DNA from: Candidatus Entotheonellaceae bacterium
Lineage (GTDB): Bacteria; Tectomicrobia; Entotheonellia; Entotheonellales; Entotheonellaceae
Direction: 5' to 3'
DNA: 64,000 nt
NCBI GenBank assembly: GCA_965238075.1
Contig: OZ250173.1
Location: forward strand, 128,001-192,000
This document shows, one piece after another, positions 28,979 through 39,954 of the stretch (its first letter is position 1; each line of letters starts with the position of its first letter). Both the position numbers and the translations under genes were made by a program. Under the pieces are notes generated by a model. The model made no database searches and had not been told where the DNA came from. It saw only the letters and a program-made list of their open reading frames with translations.

Positions 28979-29421
28979 GCCCCAGGCATAATCCGATCTA
29001 CAATTTGATCGGCAGGAAACGGAATGAGTGGAGCTACAGGGAGCGGAGGAACTGCAGCACGGCTTTGTTTTCTCGTAAGAAGCGATGCGTCATCTGGCAT
29101 ATTTTCACTCGTTTTCTTGACGGGAGGAAGCTGCGCAGCCCGAAGGTAAGCCGTCCAACGGACGTTGGGAGGCAAGCGGTCTCACAACCCCGGTTCCACG
29201 CTCAACAAGGTGAGTCCGTCTCAACTAATTGGGGCCTAGTCACACGTAATGTGGGCCGAAGGGAAATTGCAGCCAGATAATCTGGACCGAAAACGGAGAT
29301 GGTTACTCAAGTCGATACAGATAGGGTCAAGTTTCGTTTCCGACAAGGGGTGCTCTATGATCGGCGACCCGGCCTAATCAAAGATGGCAATCGGATCAAC
29401 ACCGAGGATAAGGAGAGCGGA

Positions 29422-29463
29422 ATGGGCCGGCTTGATGGCAAGGTCGCATTGATTAGTGGCGGC
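29422..29463 (+). pseudogene. N-terminal stub of a short-chain dehydrogenase (MGRLDGKVALISGG)
   Basis: SD AAGGAG plus a classic SDR start, abutting the pRiA4b ORF3 remnant. Confidence 0.65.
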
Positions 29464-29912
29464 GTGTGCGGGCAGGCCCCGGAGCCGCCGGTGCAGACGG
29501 GGTACGTTTTCTTCGGGTTCCGCTCCAGGAATTTCTCAAGACGGACCTCGTGCTCCCAGTAGTCGCCCATGTCGTAGAGGTAAGCGAAACGGTCATTGGC
29601 GCGAAATCGGAATTGCGAAAAGGCAATGTCCGGGTTTTGGGTAGACAACTCGAAGGAGCCGTAGTGCACGGCATGAATGTCGAAGTAGTAGAGATGAATG
29701 CCCCCCAGTCCATGCCCACCTGCAAGATGCCGTGCAACTCGCGCAGCGACACGGATGCAGGCAGCAGCACGCGCCGCCAGATCAAGGGGCTGATGTCCAG
29801 CAATCGGACCTTAAGTTGAACAATGCTCGTGGATTCTTCCGGTTTGGTCATGGGGACCTTATGCCATCACCTGCACGAATCCGCAATTGCCCCACATTTT
29901 TTGGCACTCCCC
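29464..29912 (-). mobile_element. ISKra4-like end with a frameshifted pRiA4b ORF-3 family passenger gene (start 29851)
   Basis: QLKVRLLDISPLIWRRVLLP...LHGILQ; second frame AYLYDMGDYWEHEVRLE...YPVCTGGSGACP; end GGGGAGTGCCAAAAAATGTGGGG. Confidence 0.7.
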
Positions 29913-30038
29913 TTCTGGGGGAACCTGTGCGGCCCGCTGTTTGCCGCGGAGATCAGGAAGCAGCGCATCGCCCGGCGTGGCTGCTCGAACCGGCGCTGGC
30001 GGGCGCCATGATGTGTCCCGCGCGATCCGGCTTGCCAA

Positions 30039-31586
30039 CTACGTGCGGAACAGGTCGCGCGACACGCCCGTGGTCTCGAACAGGTAATCGCGCGATGCCT
30101 CCAGTTCGCGCCGCAGCCTGGGAAGATCGGCGCCGAGAAGCGCGCCACGCCACTTCCTGATCTTGCCGGCTACGATGACGGTGTCGACATTGCTGCGCTC
30201 CATCAGCGTGACTACCGCGCCAGGCACGTGGTTGAGCGGGGCGACGTTGATGGCGTTCGCATCCAGAAGGACGATGTCGGCCTCCTTGCCCGGCGTCAGC
30301 GAGCCCACCTTGCCCTCCAGGCCCAGCGCCTTCGCTCCGTTCACGGTAGCGTAGTCAATGACGTCGCGCGACGTCAGAAGTTCGGGCAGATCCTTTTCGC
30401 CGGCAAGCGCCCGCTCGTTCACCAGCATACGTTGCAACGTCATCATGCCGCGCATCTGGGTGAAGAAATCGGCCGTCATGGTGCATTCGACATCGCTGCT
30501 GAGCGAAGGCTCGATCCCCAGCTCCATTGCTTTCAGGATCGGCGGCATGCCGTGGCGCATGGTCATCTCGATGGGCACCGCGATCGATACCTGTACACCC
30601 TTGTCGGCGACCGCCCGCCAGGCGCTGTCGGGCATCCCGGTCATGTGGATGAAGATGTTGCGCGGACCGATCATGTCCTGCTCGATCAGCCGGGCGAATT
30701 GCTTGGGAATGCCGAAATTCCCGAGCACGTGCGCGGCGATCGGCAAATCCAGTTCGCGGCCAATTTGCCATGCCGCGTCGTAACCGGGCAAATAGATCTC
30801 GCCGCCCATCACCATGGTCAAGAGTTGGTCGGCCGAGGCGAAATATTGGGACCGGATGCGTTTGGCGTCTTGCGGGTATCTGGTCCGGTCGCCATGCCCC
30901 TCGAAATAACCCAGTACGGCGCGGCGGCCGGAATCCCTGAGCCCGCCGATCGCCGAATCCGTGTGCGCCGGCGAGTGGTGGATCTGGGAGATATCGAGCA
31001 CCGTTGTCACGCCGGCGTCGAGCTGGCTCAGCGAGCCAAACAGCTCGGAGATGTAGACGTCCTCCGGCCGATAGGCGCCGGCGAACTTGCCCAGAATGAA
31101 ATCGAAATAGTTCACCTTGCCGTGCGGTAGGCCGTCATTGAACAACAGACCGTCCGCAAGGAAGCCACGCAACGCGGTCTCGAACTGGTGGTGGTGGGTA
31201 TCGATGAAGCCCGGCATGACGATCATGCCGTCGGCCTCGATCGCATCGGCGCCGCCGGTGTCGAGGTTGGGCCCCACCGCAGCAATCTTTCTGCCGTCGA
31301 CCAGCACGTCGTCGGCGGCGAAATCGCCGACACCGGAATCCATGGACAGCACCGCGCCGCCGCGGATGACGTAACGCCGGCCGGCAGCCCCGGTGTCCGG
31401 CGGCAGGGCCACGCCCTGCGCCCGGGCTGGCCGCGGGCCCAGAAGCACCGCGCCAATGGCGACGCCTCCGGTCGCCGCGGCGGTCATGAAGAAGTTGCGC
31501 CGTGACAGGCGCTGGACCTGCGGGTATCCGGCATCACACAGTTGGCACATTCTCTTCTCCCTGTTGATGAGATCATCATTGCTCAT
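30039..31586 (-). CDS. Tat-exported metal-dependent amidohydrolase (AtzA/MTA-SAH deaminase-like)
   Basis: SRRNFF Tat motif; MPGFIDTHHH; GSLTPGKEADIV. Confidence 0.88.
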   Translation of the reverse strand: MSNDDLINREKRMCQLCDAGYPQVQRLSRRNFFMTAAATGGVAIGAVLLGPRPARAQGVALPPDTGAAGRRYVIRGGAVLSMDSGVGDFAADDVLVDGRKIAAVGPNLDTGGADAIEADGMIVMPGFIDTHHHQFETALRGFLADGLLFNDGLPHGKVNYFDFILGKFAGAYRPEDVYISELFGSLSQLDAGVTTVLDISQIHHSPAHTDSAIGGLRDSGRRAVLGYFEGHGDRTRYPQDAKRIRSQYFASADQLLTMVMGGEIYLPGYDAAWQIGRELDLPIAAHVLGNFGIPKQFARLIEQDMIGPRNIFIHMTGMPDSAWRAVADKGVQVSIAVPIEMTMRHGMPPILKAMELGIEPSLSSDVECTMTADFFTQMRGMMTLQRMLVNERALAGEKDLPELLTSRDVIDYATVNGAKALGLEGKVGSLTPGKEADIVLLDANAINVAPLNHVPGAVVTLMERSNVDTVIVAGKIRKWRGALLGADLPRLRRELEASRDYLFETTGVSRDLFRT

Positions 31587-31890
31587 GGACGCGATGGATT
31601 ACAGTGTCATGTAACGGGTTCTGTGGACTGCCCACTCGTCGTTCTGTTCGACATCCTGCCCCATTCCATGGTCGGGTTCGTCAAGACCTATAACAGGCCC
31701 CGAATAGCGGGGAGCCTCGATACGTAAGCGGCTGGGTTCTTCAGACATCGACTTCATTCCTTCTGCATAACGTTCCGCGGAGCGCGTGACAATACAAAAA
31801 TACTGGAAATGTGCCAGAATTTCTGTGTTGATGGCAGCAGAGGATGAAGTCAACCGAAAGGTCACATAAACAAACTGAGGAACAAGACCG

Positions 31891-32994
31891 ATGATATTGA
31901 CACTACCTTGCCGGGCCGACCACGTGGGCAGTTTATTGCGGCCATCCCGGTTGAAATCGGCTCGCGCCGACTTTGAACACGGCAGAATAGATGCGGATGC
32001 GTTGAGGCGGATTGAAGATCAATGTATTCGAGAGGTGGTTGCCAAGCAGGAAGCCATTGGCCTGCAAGCCGTGACGGACGGCGAATTCAGGCGCTCCTGG
32101 TGGCACTTTGACTATCTTGCCGGGCTGGCTGGCGTTGAACTGGCCGAGAGTGAGCAAGGCATTCAGTTTCACGGCGTGCAGACAAAATCGGAAAGGATTG
32201 TCGTAACCGGTAGGGTGGGCTTCGACCAGCACGTCATGCTGGAACACTTTCGTTTTCTCCGTGGGGTTGCCGGCGTGACGGCAAAGATGACTATTCCCTC
32301 GCCCTCGGTCCTGCACTTTCGGGGCGGCAGGGCCTCCATCAGCAAGGACGTTTATCCCAGCATGGACACATTCTTTGCGGATACGGCAGAGGCTTATCAT
32401 CAGGCCGTGCAGGCGTTTTATGCTGCGGGATGCCGTTATCTGCAGTTCGACGACACCGTGTGGGCTTATCTCTGTTCTGCAAAGGAACAGCAGGCCGCGC
32501 GCGACCGCGGCGACGACCCGGCCCCGCTGCCGCGCATTTATGCCGACATGATCAATCATGCCCTGAGAGACAAGCCGCAGGACATGGTTGTGACCACCCA
32601 CGTCTGCCGCGGGAATTTCCGTTCAAGCTGGATAGCGGAAGGCGGCTATGAACCGGTTGCGGAGATCCTACTGGGAGAAACCGCGTACGACGGCTATTTT
32701 CTGGAATACGATACCGAGCGCGCCGGCGGATTTGAACCGCTGCGCTTCCTGCCCAGGGGCGATAAACGGGTTGTGTTGGGATTGGTGACGTCCAAGTCCG
32801 GCGAGTTGGAAGACAAGGACGCCATCAAGCGTCGTATTGACGAAGCCGCCCGGTTTGCCGATGTGGACCAATTCTGTCTCAGCCCACAGTGCGGTTTTGC
32901 TTCCACCGAGGAGGGCAACATCCTGACCGAAGACCAGCAGTGGCAAAAGTTGGGAATGATTGTTGAATTAGCTGGAGAAGTCTGGAACAGCTAG
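31891..32994 (+). CDS. Cobalamin-independent methionine synthase II family protein (MetE C-terminal/YxjH-like)
   Basis: DHVGSLLRP, TDGEFRR, HVCRGN, FLEYD, LSPQCGFAS Zn ligands. Confidence 0.92.
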   Translation: MILTLPCRADHVGSLLRPSRLKSARADFEHGRIDADALRRIEDQCIREVVAKQEAIGLQAVTDGEFRRSWWHFDYLAGLAGVELAESEQGIQFHGVQTKSERIVVTGRVGFDQHVMLEHFRFLRGVAGVTAKMTIPSPSVLHFRGGRASISKDVYPSMDTFFADTAEAYHQAVQAFYAAGCRYLQFDDTVWAYLCSAKEQQAARDRGDDPAPLPRIYADMINHALRDKPQDMVVTTHVCRGNFRSSWIAEGGYEPVAEILLGETAYDGYFLEYDTERAGGFEPLRFLPRGDKRVVLGLVTSKSGELEDKDAIKRRIDEAARFADVDQFCLSPQCGFASTEEGNILTEDQQWQKLGMIVELAGEVWNS

Positions 32995-33045
32995 GGGAGT
33001 GCCAAAAGCTGTGGGGCATACCGGATTCGTGCGGATATACGGCGA
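32995..33045 (+). mobile_element. Solo ISKra4-like end directly after the metE-like stop codon
   Basis: GGGAGTGCCAAAAGCTGTGGGGCATACCGGATTCGTGCGG resembles the ends at 19654 and 29912. Confidence 0.6.
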
Positions 33046-33947
33046 CATGGTCCACAAAACGCCAACCGACACCGCTATGGCGAGCGGCCGTCTCCACTGG
33101 GGCCGCGGAGAGGATTATCGACAAGCGGTTTGCAAGCGTCGGCAGATTCGATCGTGAAAGCCCGGTGCCCAACTCGTGCTACACACCTGGGCACGAGTCC
33201 TCGACGGGACGCTGGGCATCTCGCGGCCGAGGTTCTATCGTTATCTCGCTTTGCCCGATGTGGCCGGGCAAGATCAGATGCAAGCGCCTTAGCGTAACTT
33301 TTCGTTCCAATGATTGTCACGGACCGAAACGTTGAAAGGCCGATCATGCCCCGTTCGAAGGTGAACTCCTCACCCGCTTTGGATGGACCGTCACTGACAG
33401 GTGTTTCCAAAAACTCGAGTACTCGATCAGTTCCTACCCTATCCTGCACCCGGCCAGACCGAAATGGCGACGCGGTTGTGAGTCCTTATTGAAGTTAACT
33501 GATCGGCTGGTGGCATAACGTTGGCGCCGACACGCAATGTACCATCAAGATCGGAACTTAGACTGCATGGAGAGGACGTTGTAGAGGAAGTTTTGGCAAT
33601 TCATCGGGCCTTGAAAGAACGATGCGGGCACCGCCTGTCTTGTCATAGGTCGCGCTGCCGTCCGCCAAAATATACTTTATGTTTTTCTCACAACGAAAGC
33701 CGACCCATATCTCACGAAGTGTCATTCGGTCATTGAAGGGGAGCAAATACAATCCGGCATCCGGGTCTGGCTCATCGAGAAGCAGTTTTGCAACTCAGCT
33801 TGCTATCTGGCTTCCTTCTGGTATGTAATCAATACCCCGATGTGTACACTGCTATCCAGGATGGGAATCGAAGGGGCGAGCTGGAACTCGAATTACGGTC
33901 ATGTCGCACGCGGGTGCCGCATGGCCCCTGTATGGAGGAATCATCAG

Positions 33948-35336
33948 ATGCCAGTCCAGACGTTTGAACCGATGACCAAAGATTTTGCGACATTTGACTG
34001 CGATGCCCATGTGACGGAACCCGCCCGTATTTGGGAACGGGCACCCGAACATTTAACTCGGGACGAACTGCAGGCCCTCCAAGCGACGATTTGGTGGGAC
34101 ACAGAGACGCAGCAGCTCATCGTCAATGGAAGAGCGGGCGCGGGCATTGGCTCCCAGAGTCGCGGCGGCATTCCCGGCACCATGCGGGTGATTACGAACG
34201 CGGGACCCGGGGTTAAACACGACATTCAGCGCGCCCTCAATGTGCGCAATCTCAACCCCGAGACGGCGCTCACCCAGGAGCAAGTTGCGTACCTGGATCA
34301 CCCTGGCTCCTACGAGCCCAAGCCACGTCTGGGCGATATGGACGTACAGGGAATTGACCAGGTAATGATCATTCCCACCGATATCGATACCTACCCGTGG
34401 TTGCAGAACGCTGTGGGTGCCAAGGCGTTTTGCAAGGCCTACAACGAGTGGGCCTACGAGTACACCCTGGCTGATCCGGAGCGGCTCTTCTTTGCCGCCA
34501 TGCTGCCCATGCAGAATCCCAAATATGCGGCAGATGAGGTCTACCGTGTGGCTGAGCAAGGATGCCGCGTGGCTCTGGTGCGCCCCATGGACGCCATGGG
34601 CAATTACCCCTTGCAACCCAAATACGAGCCTGTCTGGCAGGCGATGGCCGATACAGGCGTGGTCTACGGCATGCACCCGTTCCCGGCCAGTGGCAACCTC
34701 AAGCCGTCGGGTTATGCCGAACAGTATTCCAGCGCCGAGTTGATTCGGAGAACCGTATCGACGTCAGGGCTCCCGCACTCGCTGCTGTCCAACGTGCAGA
34801 ATTTTCAGGCCGAGGCTTCTCTCTGGGTAACCCTGGTGCTGATGTCCGGTTTTTTCGAGCGCTATCCCACGATCAACGCCGCGGTGTTTGAAGCCTCCTC
34901 CACGTGGCTGAGCTTCCTGCTCGACGAGTGTGACAAGGCCTATAAACTCTATCGCAACGAGCGCCAACTGCCGCCCCTCAAACGCTTACCTAGCGAGACC
35001 TTTTTTCAGCACTGCATCACCGGCTTTGAGGGCGATGAAGCGCCCCCGTCACGCTTTCCCGAATTTTACCGGGATATCCTGGCCTGGTCCTCAGATGTCT
35101 ACCACCACGACGGCGATGACGCTTGGCGGGCCATTGAGATGATGCAGCAGTGCAACCTGTCGGTCGATGACCAGGCTCAGTTCCTGGGGGCAAACGCTCG
35201 CCGCCTGTACAAGATTGAGCCGCCCAAGAACATCATCCGCGAGCGGGTTTGCGAAATTCAACGGCCCGATTGGTGGCCGACTGAGGCGGAGATCGAAGCG
35301 TCCCTTGCACCGGAAGCCTCTGTGACCCATCGCTAG
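33948..35336 (+). CDS. Amidohydrolase_2 family protein
   Basis: DCDAHVTEP; LGDMDVQGIDQ; AYNEW; MHP; SD GGAGG. Confidence 0.85.
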   Translation: MPVQTFEPMTKDFATFDCDAHVTEPARIWERAPEHLTRDELQALQATIWWDTETQQLIVNGRAGAGIGSQSRGGIPGTMRVITNAGPGVKHDIQRALNVRNLNPETALTQEQVAYLDHPGSYEPKPRLGDMDVQGIDQVMIIPTDIDTYPWLQNAVGAKAFCKAYNEWAYEYTLADPERLFFAAMLPMQNPKYAADEVYRVAEQGCRVALVRPMDAMGNYPLQPKYEPVWQAMADTGVVYGMHPFPASGNLKPSGYAEQYSSAELIRRTVSTSGLPHSLLSNVQNFQAEASLWVTLVLMSGFFERYPTINAAVFEASSTWLSFLLDECDKAYKLYRNERQLPPLKRLPSETFFQHCITGFEGDEAPPSRFPEFYRDILAWSSDVYHHDGDDAWRAIEMMQQCNLSVDDQAQFLGANARRLYKIEPPKNIIRERVCEIQRPDWWPTEAEIEASLAPEASVTHR

Positions 35337-35350
35337 ATCGGAGAGACCTG

Positions 35351-36652
35351 ATGACCCGACAAAAAAACTTTGCGGTCTTCGACGGCGATGCCCACGTGGT
35401 GGAGCCGCGAACGGTATGGGAGCAGTACCTCGATTCCGAGTACCGGGTGTTCGGCAAACACGCCTTATGGCGGGAGGATGGCAAGACCAATGCCTACCTC
35501 AAAATCAACGGTGAGATCCATCGGGATACGACAAACATCAACCTGCCTCGGCACGCTCTCTGGCGGCCCGGCATGACCTGGGAATCGGTTGGCGAGCTGG
35601 ACCCCGATGTCCGCCACGCCATGAACGAGGGCGCCTGGGAGCCTCAGGCCCGGCTGCGAGACATGGATGCCATGGGCGTGGACCAGACCCTGCTCTACCC
35701 CACGTGGTTTGCCGAAGGGTTTCACCTGGTGCATGACCCCGACGTTGCCTATGCGCTGGCCCGAGCCTATAACCATTGGATTGCCGATTTCTGCCGGGCG
35801 GCCCCGGAGCGTCTCTTTGCCGTGGCCATGGTGCCGTTGCAGAACATGGATTTCGCCCTTGAGGAACTTCAGCGGGTCGCTGAAATACCCTGCTTCCGCG
35901 GCGCGTTTATCCGGCCGATGTTTATCGAGGATCGCTACTTCACCCATCCCTACTACGACACCCTGTGGGCGGAACTGGAGCGCCTGGGACTGACGGCTGC
36001 CGTGCACCCGACGCCGGGCTTGTGGAACCCGGAGTGGACGTCCCATGGCCCGTATTTTGAAAAAATACGTGACCGGCTGCACCAGCCCTCGCGCCTTACC
36101 GGGGGCGGCGGACCGTATTCGGGCGGCGGCAATGGGATACACGGGACCAGTTTTTTCACTGCCGCGACACCCCTCGGCCATCCGGTGGCGCCGATTCTAT
36201 CCGGCTGGTTGGACAACCATCTATTCGTTGCCTCGGTCCTGATTGGATTTACCGTGATGGAGCGCTATCCCGAACTGCGATTTGTGGTGGCGCACGGCAA
36301 AGCGTCCTGGATGGAGGAAGTGCTGGAGAAAATGGAGGCTTCGACAAAAGTCATTCCCCTGTTACACACCTATCCGGTGCACACGGAGCCAGAGGAGCTG
36401 TGGACAGAGGGTCGGGTCATGTTGGGGTTTGATGCCGAGGAGCGGCTGATTCAAAAACTGCCCGAAGACTTTGCGGCAAAGGTCGTCTGGGGCTCGCATT
36501 ATCCCCACCACGACACCACCAGTGCCTGGGATGCCATGGACAAGCTTACCCAAGCCAACGTGCCGGACTCCCTGATTGCCCGTATGATGGGAGGGAATGC
36601 CGCCCAGCAATTTGGCATTGAGCTCATACAGACGGTGAGTGTTCAGGCTTAA
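35351..36652 (+). CDS. Amidohydrolase_2 family protein
   Basis: DGDAHVVEP; LRDMDAMGVDQ; ARAYN; WGSHYPHHD. Confidence 0.85.
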   Translation: MTRQKNFAVFDGDAHVVEPRTVWEQYLDSEYRVFGKHALWREDGKTNAYLKINGEIHRDTTNINLPRHALWRPGMTWESVGELDPDVRHAMNEGAWEPQARLRDMDAMGVDQTLLYPTWFAEGFHLVHDPDVAYALARAYNHWIADFCRAAPERLFAVAMVPLQNMDFALEELQRVAEIPCFRGAFIRPMFIEDRYFTHPYYDTLWAELERLGLTAAVHPTPGLWNPEWTSHGPYFEKIRDRLHQPSRLTGGGGPYSGGGNGIHGTSFFTAATPLGHPVAPILSGWLDNHLFVASVLIGFTVMERYPELRFVVAHGKASWMEEVLEKMEASTKVIPLLHTYPVHTEPEELWTEGRVMLGFDAEERLIQKLPEDFAAKVVWGSHYPHHDTTSAWDAMDKLTQANVPDSLIARMMGGNAAQQFGIELIQTVSVQA

Positions 36653-36669
36653 CGCCCCAAGGCAATGGA

Positions 36670-36825
36670 TAGAGCATTTTGGTTCTGATTGAATCGCTCA
36701 ATGCTCCAAGGCGGTCATTCCGGGCTTGACCCGGAATCCAGCGGCCCCCGAAAACCTCTGGACTCCGGCTTTCGCCGGAGTGACATGGACTTAATGTCAA
36801 GCCATTATGATCCGAAAGTGGTCTA
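36670..36825 (+). mobile_element. MITE copy 2
   Basis: Near-identical to 28820-28978. Confidence 0.85.
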
Positions 36826-37113
36826 GTCGTTCCCCCGTAAGCGTCGGCGCGAACAGGACCTCCCTCCGCGCTGCGCGTGGCATCCGGGTGAGGCAGCCCT
36901 GCAACTCTATCTTTACCACCTTCTGCAGCCTCGCAAACAGGTCCCGCACTGGAGCATGCGGTAGCGCTGAACCCGCAAGCCCAGTGTCCCAATCGGGGGC
37001 GGCGGCTCGTCCAGCACCGGACAGAGTACCTGTTTCTTACGCGTTCCCTGACACCGTTTCTTCCCTTCCTCGACCGCGATGTGGCGCGACACCGGGGCGT
37101 GTGGACCTCGGAT

Positions 37114-37878
37114 TCAGCCGATTACCCGTTCCACCGGCACACCCCGGACGTCCATTTCAAAAGCCAATCCTTCGACCGGCGGTCGGGCGTAAGTCCAGGT
37201 GACACCGTCCGGTGCCGCACCGCGGCGGACGACCTCGTCGGCGAGAAAACCATGGATATCGTGGACCGTGTAGACTTGGCTCGTGGTGGCGTCCGCCCAC
37301 GTCAAGCCGAGCGCCGCCATGCGGAGCTTCAACGCTCCGAGGACGTATTGCGCCTTTTCTCGCATCGCATCGGGTGCAGTGTCCCCGAGGCGGATGATCC
37401 GGTCCGCATATCCTCCTGGTCCTTCGGGCGCTTCGCCGGAGCCCGAGATGACGAAGCTCTTCACCCCCGCCGTGTCGCTCGCCTCTGCCGGCATGGTGTA
37501 CGAGAACGCATGAAAGCAGGGTGCGATCGGAGGATCGACCTCGGGACATACGTTTGACCGCGCAACGGGATTCTCCTCGTCCTTGAAAATGCCCCAGCGT
37601 TCGAGGGTGCGCACATAGACCCGATTGAAGGCAGCGAAGCCTTCTTCCGTAAACTGGCCGGGCGAGCGCAGTTCGCAAGCGCAGAACGCGGTGGACGGTC
37701 GTCCGAGAGCGGCGAGATGCGTCTCGATCCGACGGAATCCTTGGTCAAGCGGCACGGATCGTGCGAATCGGGCACGTTCGATGACATATCCCTGCTCCGC
37801 TGAGACGCCCCCCGAGTACTTGAACTGCCCCCGCACGTAGCGATACCCGCCGGGTTCGAAAACTGCTGTTTCCGCCAT
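37114..37878 (-). CDS. CnbZ-like protein (2-amino-5-chloromuconate deaminase family)
   Basis: YSGGV, AFCACELRSP, NPVARSNVCP, FVISGSGE, RPPVEGLAFEMDVRGV. Confidence 0.75.
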   Translation of the reverse strand: MAETAVFEPGGYRYVRGQFKYSGGVSAEQGYVIERARFARSVPLDQGFRRIETHLAALGRPSTAFCACELRSPGQFTEEGFAAFNRVYVRTLERWGIFKDEENPVARSNVCPEVDPPIAPCFHAFSYTMPAEASDTAGVKSFVISGSGEAPEGPGGYADRIIRLGDTAPDAMREKAQYVLGALKLRMAALGLTWADATTSQVYTVHDIHGFLADEVVRRGAAPDGVTWTYARPPVEGLAFEMDVRGVPVERVIG

Positions 37879-38034
37879 ATCACATCTCCGGTAGTTGGAA
37901 TTACAAACTTACGAATTGACTCAGGTCCAGCTCTGTACCTGTAGTCCCTTGAATCTCCCGAAATCACTTGTTGGCGATAGGGGTCAAATCACAGACCATG
38001 TCGTTTCATGGCAAAAATATCCCCTCATCCCCAT

Positions 38035-38190
38035 TTAGTCACGCTCTTTCAAAGATCTTCCACCGGCGCGTTCACACGGTTGAAGACGTGACAGACCAAG
38101 CCGCCATCGTCCGCTCTTTTCCGCTATCCGTTCCCATAGCCCACGGAATCTCCTCCCCCCAGCAGGAAACGGTTTCTGACACCTTTTCTT
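38035..38190 (-). pseudogene. Degraded N-terminus of a REP-associated/Y1 tyrosine transposase with adjacent CTGACACC motif
   Basis: KRADDGGLVCHVFNRVNA then KIFE in a shifted frame; upstream AAAAGGTGTCAGAAACCGTTT. Confidence 0.45.
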
Positions 38191-38255
38191 CTCCAACTCG
38201 AAGCCGTGGTCAAGGACCTTGGCAAAACGAGGCCGCGGCCTCAAAACTCGCGGAC

Positions 38256-38412
38256 TAGAGCACTTCTGGATCATAATGGCTTGACATTAAGTCCATGTCA
38301 CTCCGGCGAAAGCCGGGGTCCAGGGGTCTTCGGGGGCCGCTGGATTCCGGGTCAAGCCCGGAATGACCGCCTTGGAGCATTGAGCGATTCAATCAGAACC
38401 AAAAATGCTCTG
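38256..38412 (-). mobile_element. MITE copy 3 (inverted)
   Basis: Reverse complement of copies 1, 2 and 4. Confidence 0.85.
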
Positions 38413-38679
38413 GGAGCGTGCCTGGCAGCGGCAGTCCTCGCATCACGCGAGGGAGGTGTTACCGGCGACAGCGGTGATATGTCGAGGGGTGGGATAGCGG
38501 TCGATGCCCTCGAAGACGGGCCGGAGTTGTCGGAGACCGTATTAAGAAGCTATCGATTTATTAAGACCTCGACAAAGAAACGATTGATTCGTAAACATTG
38601 AGTTTAGGAACGGAGCGTTTCTCAGCTGTGACTCCCGGACCGGTCAATATCGCATCACAAGCTCCCTCGGAGAGGAGGT

Positions 38680-38845
38680 TCGGCGCGTTCGTTCCCTACC
38701 CGCTGCCTCCGGCCCTCGCCCGTCTTGCCGCGGCTGGCGTCATGGTTCCGAGCACCGATTGGTTCCTCTACGGCTTCGTTCGCCAGGAAGCGGTCATCAC
38801 CTCGCAGATCGAAGGGACTCAGGCCACGCTCCGCGACGTCCTCTT
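38680..38845 (+). pseudogene. Fic family N-terminal fragment
   Basis: AFVPYPLPP...FLYGFVRQEAVITSQIEGTQATLRDVL. Confidence 0.75.
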
Positions 38846-38869
38846 GCCGGAGCCGCGAACGACTTCGCC

Positions 38870-39046
38870 GCCTTGGCAAGGAAGGTGCGGGCCAGCGTGG
38901 CGCCTTCCTCTGCGGGGGGGCGTCCCGGCAGGCCGCACAGGTACGGCAGCAGGTCTTCGAGGCGCACAAATTTGAGAGCCTCGACGAAGAATTTGTAGCG
39001 CCGCCTCAGGGGAGCGAGGTTCGGTTCGAGTGTGGGGAAGAATTCC
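38870..39046 (-). mobile_element. Transposase N-terminal remnant (IS1182/IS5-like)
   Basis: Unlisted frame reads FFPTLEPNLAPL...ALKFVRLEDLLP...GLPGRPPAEEGATLARTFLAKA. Confidence 0.5.
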
Positions 39047-39392
39047 TAGTGTCGTGACCGCTTCGGTGGTCGGCGATAACCAGGATGTCTTGGTCCATGG
39101 TCGACCTTGGGATGACCCCAACGCCCCCACCTTTCCGCGCAAAATGTTCCCGACAACCCCGGAAATATCTTTCTGCGATAAGATACGTTCAAGTAAAAGT
39201 TGTCGAGATCGAGAGGTCATCGCCTCATCAGCAACGAAACGTCACATCACGGATCGGGGGCAGATTGAACGGAAGCCGCTCGAAATCCGGCCGCCTCAGA
39301 AGTTTCGCAAGAGGTTTCGAAGAAGGAAGTCGTGCTAAAATTTTCCCTTCCCTTCCCAATCAACCGACAGATAGAGAAGGAGACCCACAACC

Positions 39393-39946
39393 ATGCCACC
39401 TTTCAACAAATCCGCCATCGCCCTGGCCCTGCTGATCGGAGTGTGTCTTGCTTGGCAGGTTGTGATAGCAGCGATGACGAGAGCTTGCAGCAGGAGGCAA
39501 TTGCGGAAATTGGTCCGACGACGGCGAGCGGAAGCAACGTGACCGGAGAAGCGGTTTTCACACAGGACGGTGACGACATCATGCTCACCGTTGATATCCA
39601 GAACGCATCTCCCGGGCTCCACGCCATTCATATCCATGCAACGGGAGATTGCAGTGCACCTGACGGCACCTCTGCGGGCGGCCATTGGAATCCTACCACT
39701 GAAGAGCACGGAAAATGGGGAGGGGATTCATTCCATCTTGGCGATCTCGGCAACATTCCTGTCGGCAACGATGGCACAGGCTATATTGAGCGGACGACAG
39801 ACCTTTGGGACATGGGCACCGGTTCCGACCGGGATATGGTTGGCAAAGCCATTATCGTCCATGCGGGGGAAGACGATTTCACCTCACAGCCTTCGGGCGC
39901 TGCGGGCGGGCGCATCAGTTGTGGAGTGATTGAACTGGAAGAGTAG
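39393..39946 (+). pseudogene. sodC: Cu/Zn superoxide dismutase lipoprotein with a frameshift in the signal peptide
   Basis: GLHAIHIH, SAGGHWNP, HGKW, FHLGDLGNI, IVHAGEDD, GAAGGRISCGVI; SD plus ATG 39393 is out of frame with lipobox LAGC. Confidence 0.8.
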
Positions 39947-39954
39947 AGACCCTT

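Noticed and set aside
31740-31890. SAM riboswitch expected upstream of the metE-like gene
   Set aside because: Only a small ACCGAAAGGT hairpin is visible; no SAM-I, -II or -V consensus recognised
33075-33760. Short ORFs in a lower-GC patch
   Set aside because: No recognisable family or consistent start signals; probably decayed sequence
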